A stretch of DNA of 60,225 nt, filler included, from Sphacelaria rigidula (Eukaryota): NCBI GenBank assembly GCA_964200075.2. It is 7 parts of 7 records of this genome, joined end to end, with 100 filler letters (N's around TTAATTAATTAA, not from the genome) between each part and the next. Parts side by side here need not be neighbours in the genome. Positions count along the whole stretch, not along the records: positions 34,475 to 42,992 come from CAXNAA020010907.1; positions 43,093 to 51,609 come from CAXNAA020010908.1; 5 more parts are not named here. The stretch is one strand, 5' to 3'. Under the pieces are notes generated by a model. The model was given only the letters and a program-made list of their open reading frames with translations. It was not told the origin of the DNA and did not search any database. Below, piece by piece: positions 36,881-48,409 of this stretch. Each line of letters starts with the position of its first letter. The first letter of the stretch is position 1. Position numbers and translations under genes: made by a program.

Positions 36881-37270
36881 TCAGCGTACAGAACTGTAGA
36901 GGCACCGACATGATGCTAAAAGAAGAGCAAAAATGCACTACCCGACAGGTGTTGCTCATGGGGGACGGGGGATGCTCTGCAACACAAAAGTGATCTACGA
37001 GTGATGGAACATCGCATTCTACGAAATCTGTCGCTCCCCACGATCCCGGTCTTCAAACTACGCATTCGTGCCACACCTTGTGTTTTCATTTTTCCTTCAA
37101 TTTCTTCGAAGACACCGGCTAGGAAACATCAACGACCGGGCATTCGAAGGCCTCGAGCACCCAAATATACCACGCTACAATACGCACACGACACAACGGA
37201 GCAATCACGTGCTGCTATATCGAACTCTCCTCCATATACAGATGTATATACATCACATATTAACAAGTAC

Positions 37271-37343
37271 CTGCCACTTCTTGCAGGCTTCCTCCTTTCG
37301 CTGCGTCCGCTCCGCCTCCTGCTTCAGGTGCTCCGACAGTACC
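37271..37343 (-). CDS. PP2A regulatory subunit B' (B56) exon (RVLSEHLKQEAERTQRKEEACKKWQ)
   Basis: TTTTTTAG acceptor, CAG|GT donor, phase 2/0. Matches the charged C-terminal helix of B56 proteins, which ends near a Trp. Confidence 0.88.
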
Positions 37344-38000
37344 CTAAAAAAGCAGCACGTCGTAGAGCATCAATATGTAACATCATATGCTCGTCGTCGA
37401 AACATATGCTTCTTCCGAAAAAAAAATGAAAGAAAAGACTCGACCCTAATAATTCATTGACGGACGTTAATATCAACACTCATATATAATACTTGCTCAA
37501 CACGAAATACAACCAAAATCAAGTAATTCAAGAAGAATCAAGTAACGATCGATCAATTGATCATAAATTAATACACGGCGTAAGCAACTATACATATATT
37601 CGCCCTGAGGAGACAGGTGGGGACCTTTACCATGCACTTCGCTATTTCAAGTGCGCTCCACCTCACCGTCGCCTCAATCGTCAGTCTTCAAACTATAACT
37701 GTCATTACGGCGGTCCATTGTACGAGTAGGCACTTGATAATGGTGATTCAACAATCATAGGGGGTAGTATGTCAATCACTGATTAACTAATTCATGTCAT
37801 CACACTCGCGTCACACAGGGTCGCCGCTGATATCAAATTTCCGACAAATTAAAGGTTGTTAGGGGAGGTCAGGGAGGGGGGGCTTGCTTCCACCATAGTT
37901 CCAAGCGTTTATCCTTCCTGCGGGGTTGGTAGTCTCCACTTACGTGAGACGCGATTCGATTATACGAATTTGTTTTCTTGTACGGCTTCATGGTCAAAAG

Positions 38001-38137
38001 CACACCCTGAACAACAGATTACAAAATCAAAAACTATACTGCGTACCGCATAGAATCTATTGTCTATTGCAATAGACGCAGTAGTCGATACTGTACGCAG
38101 TACACTTTTTAGTCATGTATTCTCTTGTCCAGGGTGT
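38001..38137. mobile_element. ~135-bp MITE (CACCCTG.ACAA ... TTGTCCAGGGTG)
   Basis: Terminal and internal inverted repeats (ACTGCGTAC/GTACGCAGT). Inverted copy at 40234-40370 and a partial copy near 33547-33626. Confidence 0.75.
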
Positions 38138-39240
38138 CGTCAAAAGCCCGGGGAGGGATTGGCAGGATGTATGATTTTTCTCGTAACTGTCGCATCATTT
38201 TCGCCTGGCGCCTGAATGTCAAGTTTTTGTTTTTCAAGGGCAGGTCAAGTAGAGTATACTCAATTGCGGGGGATTTTTGAGGTACTCAAATTAGGGTAGA
38301 GTGTTAGAAGTCGTAGCCCAAAAATAGCTGGGAAGCGATCCCTAAAACCCTACCCCCAATTTGTGTACTCCAAGTGCGACTTTCAAAATACACCGCGATA
38401 GAGCATACTCTACTCGACCTGCCCTTGAAGTTTTTCTCCATTCTTTTTCGTCGTCCCCAGCTATTCTCAACCCCCTGTCCTCAACTTCCCATATAATAGG
38501 CGAGTGTTTCTGTGTCATCCTTTTCCTTGCTTGGGGTTGCCATACATTCTCCCTCTGTGGAAACGGCCTGATTCCTAGCGGACCGATTCAGGTGTGACAA
38601 TCCACCAACATAACAGTATAGTATCAATCGATGCGTCACCGCATGCAGTCAACACGTGAAGCAAAAAGCGTCACAACGCCTTCAAACGAAGCCACAAACT
38701 CCTCCATGAACACAAGAGAAGAAGATGAAGAAAAAAGGGGGGGATTTATTGACCTAAAAGGGGGGATTTATCGACCTATAACAAAAAATTTATCGATTGC
38801 CTCGCCACACACGAAAATAATGGGTGTACGGTACCACACAATCATACACGGTCAACCAACCCACCCCCATCATCGGTCGGTTGCATCCATCCATTTTCTC
38901 TTTACTCGGCATCCGTTCCACTGGGAAATGACCAACATATTTACGGCACAAATATCCGATTCATTAGACGTGTAATGAACCAAGTCATTGAACGCATAGC
39001 CGATTTTGGAGCATGTGACAAAAAAACGACCTAGGTTGTGTAACAGACTTATCATTGAGGTCGGATATCCAGCCTCATACAAATGTCGGGCAACGCTTCT
39101 CTGAAAACTGCAGCAGCAAATTTGGATCATGGTCAACTACCCTGTCCTTGCTGGTCTTGAATCATGTACATGATGTTAAGATAAACCAGGTGAACTTTCG
39201 AGCCATAGTTGCGCGCGTGTGTGTTGGGGAGGGCGGGGGA

Positions 39241-39311
39241 GGGGGCGTACTCATTTGTTGCTTGCCTTAGTCGTTTGACCATTGACCACGCATCCCTTTC
39301 GAGACGGAGCA
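39241..39311 (-). mobile_element. ~70-nt short retroposon-like element, copy 2
   Basis: Family consensus, flanked by direct repeat TGTGTGTTGGGG (39218-39229 and 39312-39323). Confidence 0.88.
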
Positions 39312-39671
39312 TGTGTGTTGGGGGGGAGGGGGCATCAGCCCGTGCGTGGGACCTCCACTCTGAGGAACGTCAGGAGTAGCAAACAAAAAATGGACAGATA
39401 TACATGAATGCATATAAAGAGCGGTGTACAGTATGCCCAACCTCAAGCATCATCTTCACGACTGCGGTAGTATGCTGGACACCGGTATTACGATGTAGTT
39501 ACAATAGCAACAGATGAAAACAACACCTGGGAATGCGACCGTACGCTCACGATGATATATATATATATATATATATCATGACAAGTAAGCTGTATCCAAC
39601 AATATTTCAGATGATAAACGGTCTACCATGAATGACGACAACAAAGATGAATCATAGTGATGGAAGCACAC

Positions 39672-39777
39672 CTGTCATAGAGGTGGATGTCGAACTCCAT
39701 ATACATCTTCAGAACGTTTTGAGCTAGCCCCTCCACAGTGCTGTTCCAGTGCCCCAACGAGTGTTTGTGAAGTGGCC
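39672..39777 (-). CDS. PP2A B' (B56) exon (GPLHKHSLGHWNSTVEGLAQNVLKMYMEFDIHLYD)
   Basis: CAG acceptor, AG|GT donor, phase 1/2. B56 motif HWN..V..L..NVLK..ME.D..L.D. Confidence 0.95.
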
Positions 39778-40233
39778 CTGCATCCCCGAGACGCGAAAAA
39801 AAAAGAGAAGAAATATTGAAATATTATCCCACGGTGTTTTCGTTCAGGAGACCGGCATTACACGCATCATACGCCCAAGTGATCATACTTTACACCAAAA
39901 TACGCGAACGTGAGATTTCTCACGTTTGCCGTCAGCTTTGAACGTGGGCGGGATTCGAGAGTGGAGCCGGGTTCAAAGATTGTCACGTAACAGCCATTTC
40001 CCTTGGCGTGAACAAGCTTTGAAGGGGAAAAAAGAAGGGAGGGGAGCGAGTCTATATATGCCAAATGAGTACGTACTGTAGTGCGGTATCGCATCCGCCA
40101 CGAGAACCACCGAGGAAACCCATCAAGTACCAAACCAATTAAACGAACGGCATTGCATCCATTCATCCGTGCATGGGAAATAATTGCTCTCGTAGCGCAA
40201 AACAAACGACCGTTCGTAAGTGCGAATACGTAT

Positions 40234-40370
40234 CATACCCTGGGCAATAGGTGACACTTGAAAAAAAAAGTACTGCGTACAGTATCGACTATACATCTAG
40301 TGCAATAGACAACAGATTCCAACGCTGTACGCAGTATAATTCACGACTGTAGTCTTTTGTCCACGGTGTG
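40234..40370. mobile_element. ~135-bp MITE, second copy
   Basis: Reverse-complement homologue of 38001-38137. Confidence 0.7.
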
Positions 40371-41120
40371 GAGTGTATACACAGAGCAACAAACGGCAGG
40401 TAAGAAACAAGCGCAACGGCATGAACATCGGCGCCCTCGCACAGCTCGCGTAATGATAACAAACAGACGGTACAGTGCATCAATATTGCAAACAGAAATA
40501 AATTATTTAGCCCTGAAACGAATCAAGGTATATCGTTGTGCTCGCCTTTTCTTTACTTTATACGGGTAGAGATAACATTTATGCACGTGAACCCCCGGCG
40601 GGAGAAGGACCTGGCCGGCATTACCCCGGCGGGTAATGCACCCCGGCTTAGTAGAGGTACAAGGATATAACCATGCGATTTTATTGCCATGATCGGTGAT
40701 TTTGGTTATCGAGTCTGGCTCCGTGTTTGGCTTCGCGTGTCAAGTGGGAGCCTTGGTCTCTGTCTCCTGTAGTCCGAATGGACACCTGGAGCGCTGGACC
40801 TTGTGGGGCTAGTATATATATATATCTATATAAATTTTCGCTATCGCGCAGTGCGCGGTTGTCTGGGTCCCATTACATCATTCATGTCCTTGCACTTCAT
40901 TTTGGGCAGTCAGCCTGCGATCACGGAAGGCGTTCGCATCAGATGTCGAGTACCAAAGTAAAAAGTACTGCGCAGATATCGGAACGGTTTTCAATGTACA
41001 GACAACAACATGGGTACCTGGAATACCGCATCCTCAACACAACCACCTTGGAAAAACAAAAATACAACTAGACCTTTCGGCATGTTTTTTTTTTTTCCCA
41101 ATAAAAATATGCGTCTTCTT

Positions 41121-41500
41121 CACAAGTCTGATCTGCTGTAATGATACCAAGTACATGCCGGGTCCCAGCATAGTGCTGTCATCATTTGTCACAAGTCTGA
41201 TGCACTACACTAATATCAAGTGCAGGGTCCCAGCATAGTGCGGCCATCAGAACATCTCAGTCACAAGTCTGATCTGCTGTAATGATACCAAGTATATGCC
41301 GGGTCCCAGCATGGTGCGGTCATCGTCATTTGTGACAAGACTGATTTGCTGTAATGATACCAAGTATATGTCGGGTCCCAGCAGAGTGCGGTCATCGTCA
41401 TTTGTGACAAGTCTGATCCATGATACGAATTCAAGTAAGTGCGGGGTCCCAGCATAGTGCGGTCATGCCGGGCGAGCGACTCACCGCACTATATTGGGAC
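41121..41500 (+). repeat. ~70-bp tandem repeat, ~5 copies (intronic)
   Basis: Units ACAAGTCTGAT...GGGTCCCAGCATAGTGC at ~41121, 41190, 41262, 41335 and 41406. Confidence 0.92.
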
Positions 41501-41721
41501 TTCCACTGTACACTGCGTGCGGGTAGAGTTGGGCTCGGTTGGGCCTTCACATTGCATACACACTTCACTTAAATTTGTTGCCTCGTCGGGGGAGAGGGGG
41601 AGTGTTCGTCTACGAAGAAAAAAAACGTGCAGGGCTATTATAACCACCTCTGTTCAAGAGGAGGGGAGGTATGTGGTATCGAGATCGCTGTTACTGTTTG
41701 TTTTTTTTCGCGTTCGCTCAC

Positions 41722-41821
41722 CGTAGATGACAGGTAGTATTGAATGCGTGTAACCTCGGCTGAAGCACCCCTTGTTGACCAGATGTTCATTATTCCACAA
41801 GAACAGTGTCCGCTCCGCCAC
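41722..41821 (-). CDS. PP2A B' (B56) exon (VAERTLFLWNNEHLVNKGCFSRGYTHSILPVIY)
   Basis: CAG acceptor, GTGAGC donor, phase 0/1. Hallmark B56 motif HFQVAER.L..WNNE spans the junction. Confidence 0.96.
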
Positions 41822-42257
41822 CTGTATCAGCGCCGAACAAATGGGTGGATGTTTACACCGTTGTGATGCAGAAAAGGCACACACGAACCGAGTCATGGAA
41901 TACGAGTGACGAATAAGAAACGGGTCAAATTCCTGGGAGCACCAGAGATACGGAGAGTTTGAGCATTTGAGACATGACTTCAGTGTGCGGTAGCGTTCAA
42001 GTTCCCGCTCAAGTTCTCATGTACTCCGCGATACATCGGGGGAGCGTGTAGAATTGGAAATTAGAATTGATTTTTTTTTTGGCAATTTTGTGCGGGTATC
42101 CAAATTCCATATTTCCGCTGCCGGACATAGTAAACGATCGCCAAAAAGAGTTACCTTTCATGTCTTGCGGGGGCGAAAACACGAAATGTTCGGGCTCATG
42201 CATCGCGAATGGCCCCAAAAATGTCCACATCTATCCTACAAGTAGACCGTACTACAC

Positions 42258-42323
42258 CTGAAAGTGTTGGCTGGCGAGACATTGTGCCAATAGATGGAAC
42301 AGCTTCCCTTGCACCTGCTGTAA
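42258..42323 (-). CDS. PP2A B' (B56) exon (LQQVQGKLFHLLAQCLASQHFQ); upstream exons lie outside the contig
   Basis: CTTTTCAG acceptor, CAG|GT donor. B56 LF...A.C..S.HFQ motif. Confidence 0.94.
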
Positions 42324-42992
42324 CTGAAAAGATTCAACGCGCAAGAACACACAGAGAACGTACGTGCATACCAGAGAAGGGCGCGGGGGGACAACGAACA
42401 AGAAAGAAAACAAAAAACAAAAATAACGAACCATCAGAAAGTGTGTCTTACCCTGTGCTATTCATCATCCCGAAGCATCAAGCAACTAGAGGACACAACT
42501 ACGAAACTACTCCACCAATATTTTTGAAGAGACAAGACGACGAAAAAGCATAGGAGGGCAAAAACATACGGACACACCTTCATGGATAGACGAATCGAGG
42601 AAACAACAGGACAAAAATAGAGCACATGCTGTCAGCAAACCACCTTTTTCCAAGTACAGCCACGTACAAATGACAAATCCTTCTGTAGCGCGGGAGGGCG
42701 TAGGGGGTATACCTCATGTCTGAAGGAGTTTCAATGAAAGGAGTAAGTATATGAATGCAGGAGAAATTAGCCCGTAATACCAAACTCACGTTCCGAGTAT
42801 AATTATATTTTTTTCACGAGTACCAGATTCCGATCTCACCCCTGGAGAATGACGATGGACAAATCTACTGGGCAAAAATAAGTGACCTCAATAACTTGGC
42901 TAGTACGGAGTATCTGTGATATATACTGTCAATCTACTTCGCACCACGCCCGTGCGGTAGCTGGGTTACTTCTCATCCCACGTACCCCTGCT

Positions 42993-43092
42993 NNNNNNNN
43001 NNNNNNNNNNNNNNNNNNNNNNNNNNNNNNNNNNNNTTAATTAATTAANNNNNNNNNNNNNNNNNNNNNNNNNNNNNNNNNNNNNNNNNNNN
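42993..43092. other. Artificial contig spacer
   Basis: N44-TTAATTAATTAA-N44. Confidence 0.99.
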
Positions 43093-43161
43093 GGGGGTAC
43101 TCATTTGCTGCTTGCCTTAGTCGTTCGACCATTGACCACGCATCCCTTTCGAGACGGAGCA
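43093..43161 (-). mobile_element. ~70-nt short retroposon-like element, copy 3
   Basis: Family consensus at the contig start, followed by a G-run. Confidence 0.85.
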
Positions 43162-43916
43162 AGGGGGGGGTTGGCATGGGGGTGGGTACCTGTTCGTAGA
43201 ACAGCCGAAAAGCTTACCAAGCCAACCATGTTTGTTTGGAATTTTCCCACGGAAAATCATAAGCCAGGGACGAGGCCAGAGAGCAGCGAAGTGAGCATTC
43301 TCACAAATCACGGCTGTCAAAATAGTTACTTTGTTCCCCTACACGTGGAGTATAGGTGGACTAACTCGCTGTCTAGCCGTATTTCTCATTTTGGTCATAA
43401 CAATTCAACCATGGATAATATGGGCAACATCAACGTGTTTTCACTCTGCTCGTGGTCCTCGACGCCTGGCTGACCCTTCATGTGTTGCCAGCATAGCTTC
43501 ACACTGTCTGCAGTGTTATGGAACACTAAGCAGATACATCAGCAGGATGCAGCAGACTGTGTTCAGCGGAGAGCCATGGTGTGCTGCCTATTTCTTGCCG
43601 TTGTACGAGCTGGGCCAGCCGAGAAGCGAGTTTGTAATTTGCAGGCCCTGGGTCTATCTTGTTTTTCTTGAATTTTTGCTAGCCTGTGACCACGGAAGGC
43701 GTCCGCATCAGATGCCCAGTACGAATGTACCGCGCAGATATCGGAACGGTTTTTTAATGTGAAGACAACAACAAGGCCCATTAACCGGCCAATATTTAGA
43801 GTTGGACCCTGAAATTTGGTATGGACAATGAATAGGGTATGAAAAAAAACAAATACTGGTGCACACAAGTTTTTTTTTTATTCCACGAGTTAAGGGCAAT
43901 AATAATTTTTCAGGTA

Positions 43917-44748
43917 CAATGGGGGGCTCTCAGTAGTGCCGGTTGAATAGTGCCAACGACCTATATAATCCCGGTAAAATCTCCGGGCAAAGCCAGAGCT
44001 CGCAGTAGTGCCGCCCGGCACTACTGACATATGGTCCTCAGTCGTGCCGGTTTGAACGGTGTTGTACCCTCAACAGTGCCGGTTCCGGACCCGTAGCATC
44101 TACGCCCGAGCACAGCCACGGGAGGAATCGTGTCTAGTTTGCTGTATCGGTGTTTTTTTTTTCGAGGTCGTTTGTTTCTCTCTCTCCTTGTCTCGGTAGC
44201 CGGTAGGAAATGAAAGGGGTGTGGTTCATTCTTTCTCGCTCACTCCTTTTGGTGGGCGGTGTACTCTTTCGTGAGTTTTTGTCCACACCAGATGCCGCAC
44301 CTTCATAGTTGAGTTGGGTGCAGATGTGTCCTTGTTTTTCTTGTCGGGAAGGTCTTTCGGCATGAGCAACTTCTGTGGCCGTACTGCTGCTGTTGTGCTA
44401 ATAGGGAAGGAAATGATCAACCTGTGAACAGGATCAATCAAGTTGAATGTGAAAAACAAAAAAATATCGGATTTAGTTTTGCTACCCCGAAACCTTACGT
44501 GACGTACCCTATCGAAACCCCTTGAAACAAAGGTCCTCGTCCGTTTTGTGCTTCCGTTGGTCCCACGAAGGGCAAGCATAGCACTGTACGAACGGACGGT
44601 CGTCAGTAGTGCCAGAACCGGCACTACTGAGGTATTCAGAGCCCTCAATTGCACCTGTTTTGAAACGTTTCAGAGTAGTACCGGGCTCTCTGAGTAGTGC
44701 CGGTGTCCGTGGTGAGCACATACCGGCACTACTCAGAGCCCCCCACTG
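43917..44748. mobile_element. ~830-bp non-autonomous TIR DNA transposon
   Basis: TIR CAATGGGGGGCTCTCAGTAGTGCCGGT / ACCGGCACTACTCAGAGCCCCCCACTG, with many subterminal AGTAGTGCC(GG) motifs at both ends. No clean TSD. Confidence 0.75.
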
Positions 44749-46089
44749 GATCAGTAAAATGCCCTCAACTCATAAAATTGGAAAAACCTTGTGTGCACCA
44801 GTATTTATTTTCAATATGCCCCATTCATTGTCCATATCAAATTTCAGGGTCCAACTCCAAATATTAGCAGATTAATAGGCCGTTTAGTGACGGGGTCAGC
44901 AGAAATTCGCAACAGTATTTCACAGGCCACTTACCGGCCCACGTTTGGTGTTTGTGTATTGGAACTTTGTGTCGGCCGTGGCTAGGTCATAGTTAGAAAC
45001 CAAAGTGGGTCAGGTTGACTTTTTCTATTTTTTCACTGGTTTAGGGCGTTAGTATGGAAACGACCATATTTTACGAGAACGCCCGGACCTCTCCCAAAAA
45101 GATTTCGAGAGCCCATTTTTTTCATATATTCAGCATACAGTAGCTCTGTGGTTCTTTATCCTGAGTTTCGAATCAAAATGAAAAAATTGAGCTGAAAATT
45201 GAGATGAGGTCCAAGAGCAGTGTTCATTTCTCCTCGAAAAAGCTGTTTCTTCAAGCTTTATTATGCACCATCGGTTCTCCATACGAAATTTTCATAGCAT
45301 AACTCTCGTAGACTGAGACGCGATATCCAAATTTAGTTCATTTATTGTAGTGCCTTTGCTCGTAATATTTTGATTTTGGTATGGAGAAATTATGGTCGCC
45401 ATATCTCGAGATGGACAACGAATTAGGTGAAGGTGAGGGTATATATCGTCTCCCCGTGCTCCAAGGAATGTCCACACCAACAATCGTCGTCATCCGCTGA
45501 GTGCATCCATCCGGGTTTCATACAGATTTGAGTGTGGACGCTATTTCCGTTAGGTATAGGAATTACTAGACATGGATTTTATTCAACGAGAAAATATTGG
45601 CCCAGACTTTTGAGCAGATGGGCACCTTCCCCTCAACCCTTTTGGCACCGACCCCCCACTAACTCAGGGTTGACCCTGTGTTAGTTAAATAATAAAAAAC
45701 AAGTCATCAAGCGACCTGCCCAATCACGGCGAGGCGAAATTTATTGACTAGACCCGAACGACCTGTGCTGGGGTTGTTGGCGAGTATGATGCCACTGTAA
45801 AGATCGTGTGGGGGCCCTATCCTTGGCCCAGATAAGCCTTCGCAGGTTTCCAAGCACAGAGCGGTTGAAGCTCGGTTATATGATATGGCTTGCACTCAGT
45901 ACAGCGTTCCCGAGTTTTCCCGTGGATTTTTTGGGTCTCAATTCCCTACTGAAACGTAGTAATTTACACTAACACAGGGTGGACCGGAAAAGCCGGGAAG
46001 GAGTGTACATGCTACCATGTGGTCGTTTTCACCACGCCCTAAAACCAGGTGGGCTGTGGAAAGACAAAAAAATCTGCTGTCATGAGTTC

Positions 46090-46683
46090 TGCTCATCCCT
46101 CTGGCGATGACTTGCACGGTGCAGTGAACAACTACGTAGTGGATGGGGAGCAAGAACCTGTATATATGCAGTTGATCACGGTAGCCGAAAGCTGCCCAGA
46201 ACGTGCAAGGGTGTATGCAGCGGCAGCTGCTGCTTCAGTCGGAGAGGGGTACTACACTGTACTGGATACTATACTGTTGTATGCATGAGCGCTGCAACGT
46301 TGATTCCCCTCGAAGAGAATTTGCCGCATGCAACAAGGGGGGAAATGGCGGCCCACCCCGACAACAAAGGGCTGTGTGGCAAGGTGATAGGGACAATAGT
46401 ATCATCCAAAGCCACAAGTGGCGGGCGGCCCGCCGGTCGCCGCATCTTGTTGGAAGCTACCTCTTCACCACGACTCATACTGCTTGCTACATCAGATGTA
46501 CACCACCTAATGCGCACCCTGCACCTGAAAATAGTTCGGATGAAACTTTCGGTCTTCGCCATAACCCTGCGGTTACATAAGCGGATTTTCAGCAACACGC
46601 CACTGTTTTGTCCAGACGTCAGACACGTCATTTCTGACCAGCCTACTTGGTCGTTCTGAAGGCCTGGTCCCAAAAGGGTTAAC
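46090..46683 (-). mobile_element. Non-autonomous piggyBac-like element, uninterrupted copy
   Basis: Ends AAGGG|TTAA; reverse-complement homologue of 23043-24070 without the MITE. Confidence 0.7.
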
Positions 46684-48337
46684 GTGTATGAAAAAAATCA
46701 TCATGAATAAAAACACCGGGTTGATTTCACCCTTTGCACGGTATGTAAATATACTTATATGACATCGAATGTAACGAAAAAAATATTTTGTACAAGTTCA
46801 ACGTATTTGACTCTGAAGTAGTTGGAAAAAAAAACAGCCCTCGTGTATGGCAATGTCAAGGTTTTGCGGCTTGACTTCAAACCCTGAACCGCAGAGAGTG
46901 TAGAGTATTTGCTATGGGAACAGCGGTATACAAAAATCATTTCACAAAGAGGTGCATCGACACCCATGGACTCCAAATCGACCTCTCCGCGGGAAAGGGT
47001 TAACCCCTGGGCGCTGGCCACAACTGCTTCCGGTGAAAAAACATTTTATGAGTAAGGGATTGACGAGAACGAGCAAACACGGTGCGCTTCTCTTGGGTGT
47101 TGGTGCTCGCGAACAGAGGCGCCATGACAAGTCGCCGATATTGTTCCGAAAAGCGGTCTGGCGTCAATGAGGTGAAGTATTTAAATGCCTGCTTCTACCG
47201 TATAATAGTAAAAAAAAAATCGTAGACGTTTTCCGCATTTCAGAGTCAGAGTGGAAGGGGGAAAAAGCCGGTAATGGTATACGTTCGCTATGACAAAATG
47301 TTCAGTCAAACATTTCAGCGTCAGGGTCGTGTTTGGAGCACTTCACTCTCAAAGCCGATGTGCCTCTTCAAACTTCACAGCGAAACGAGAAAGAACCATC
47401 CGCACCCCCACCACCACGGCCAAGGCCACGGCCAGTTGACAATCAATATACCCTAACAAGCAAAGTGAGATCCATCACAACTGTTATGCTTCTCGCAATG
47501 GACCAGTCTCGAAATAGTGACCCTTGGCGTCGCAAGCAGAGGGCCTTCCTAACGCCGCTATGGTATCGGCATTCGCTTGGTTGCGTTGCGTGAAGTTTAC
47601 ATGCTCGGCGGGTACAGGACGTTGCCTTGGGTACGTGCACCTCTTCGCTCTTGCCAGCCTTAGCTGGAAGAAGACGGTGTGAACGACTCGTAGTCTACAG
47701 CACACAAGCAGTGCTGTACCTGGCTGCATTGCCATTCTGGAAGAGGTCATGGCGTCTTGCACCACCGTTAGGGGTGGCATGTTGCAAAACCATTGCGATG
47801 CGGCTTTTTCTTTTCTTTGGAAGTGCTGTCGTATTGTCTGTACGGTATCGCTGTAATTCGCCGTACGTACCGCAACGTACAGCAGGGTTCTGCATTGCAC
47901 TGTCTGTACTGCACACTGCACACCACAACCGTGTCTTGTAGTGCAGCGTTGTGTAGTGAAGGAGTGCGAGTGCAGTGAAGCGTAGCGCACGGTACGGTAC
48001 GGTGCCGCAGGGTACGGCAAGACACATCCGCTCTATTGTTGTACACTTAGTACTGTGCTCACCCATGCATTTTCGAACTGGACGCTGGTCGATCGCACAC
48101 TTGGCGGGGCAACCTGCGGCCAATCACTGCGGCAAAAGAAACCCACGTCAAGCCACGTCACATCGACTTTCACGCTAGAATTTTCAGCGTTCAAGAAGCT
48201 TCCACTCTGAAGTTCTTCCACTCTGGCTCTGAATGAATCTTTGTTCTTTCCGAAACTCTCCGATAATTTAAACTCTTCGGGGTGAAAATGGGATCCTGAG
48301 TCATGCAGGTCGGATACATGCGTCCCTAAGCTCGTCT

Positions 48338-48409
48338 GGTGCTCCGTCTCGAAAGGGATGCGTGGTCAATGGTAAAATGACTAAGGCAAGCAACAAATGA
48401 GTACGCCCC
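48338..48409 (+). mobile_element. ~70-nt short retroposon-like element, copy 4, with perfect 14-bp TSD
   Basis: CCCTAAGCTCGTCT occurs at 48324-48337 and 48410-48423. Confidence 0.92.

Noticed and set aside
47484..48123. Overlapping long ORFs
   Set aside because: They result from degenerate pentamer repeats with few stop codons. No domain or splice support.
48338..48409. tRNA or known self-cleaving ribozyme (72 nt, CCA-like end on the minus strand)
   Set aside because: No T-loop or D-loop consensus, and the A of the CCA belongs to the TSD. There is no hammerhead CUGANGA core, and I could not fit an HDV, twister or pistol topology by eye.
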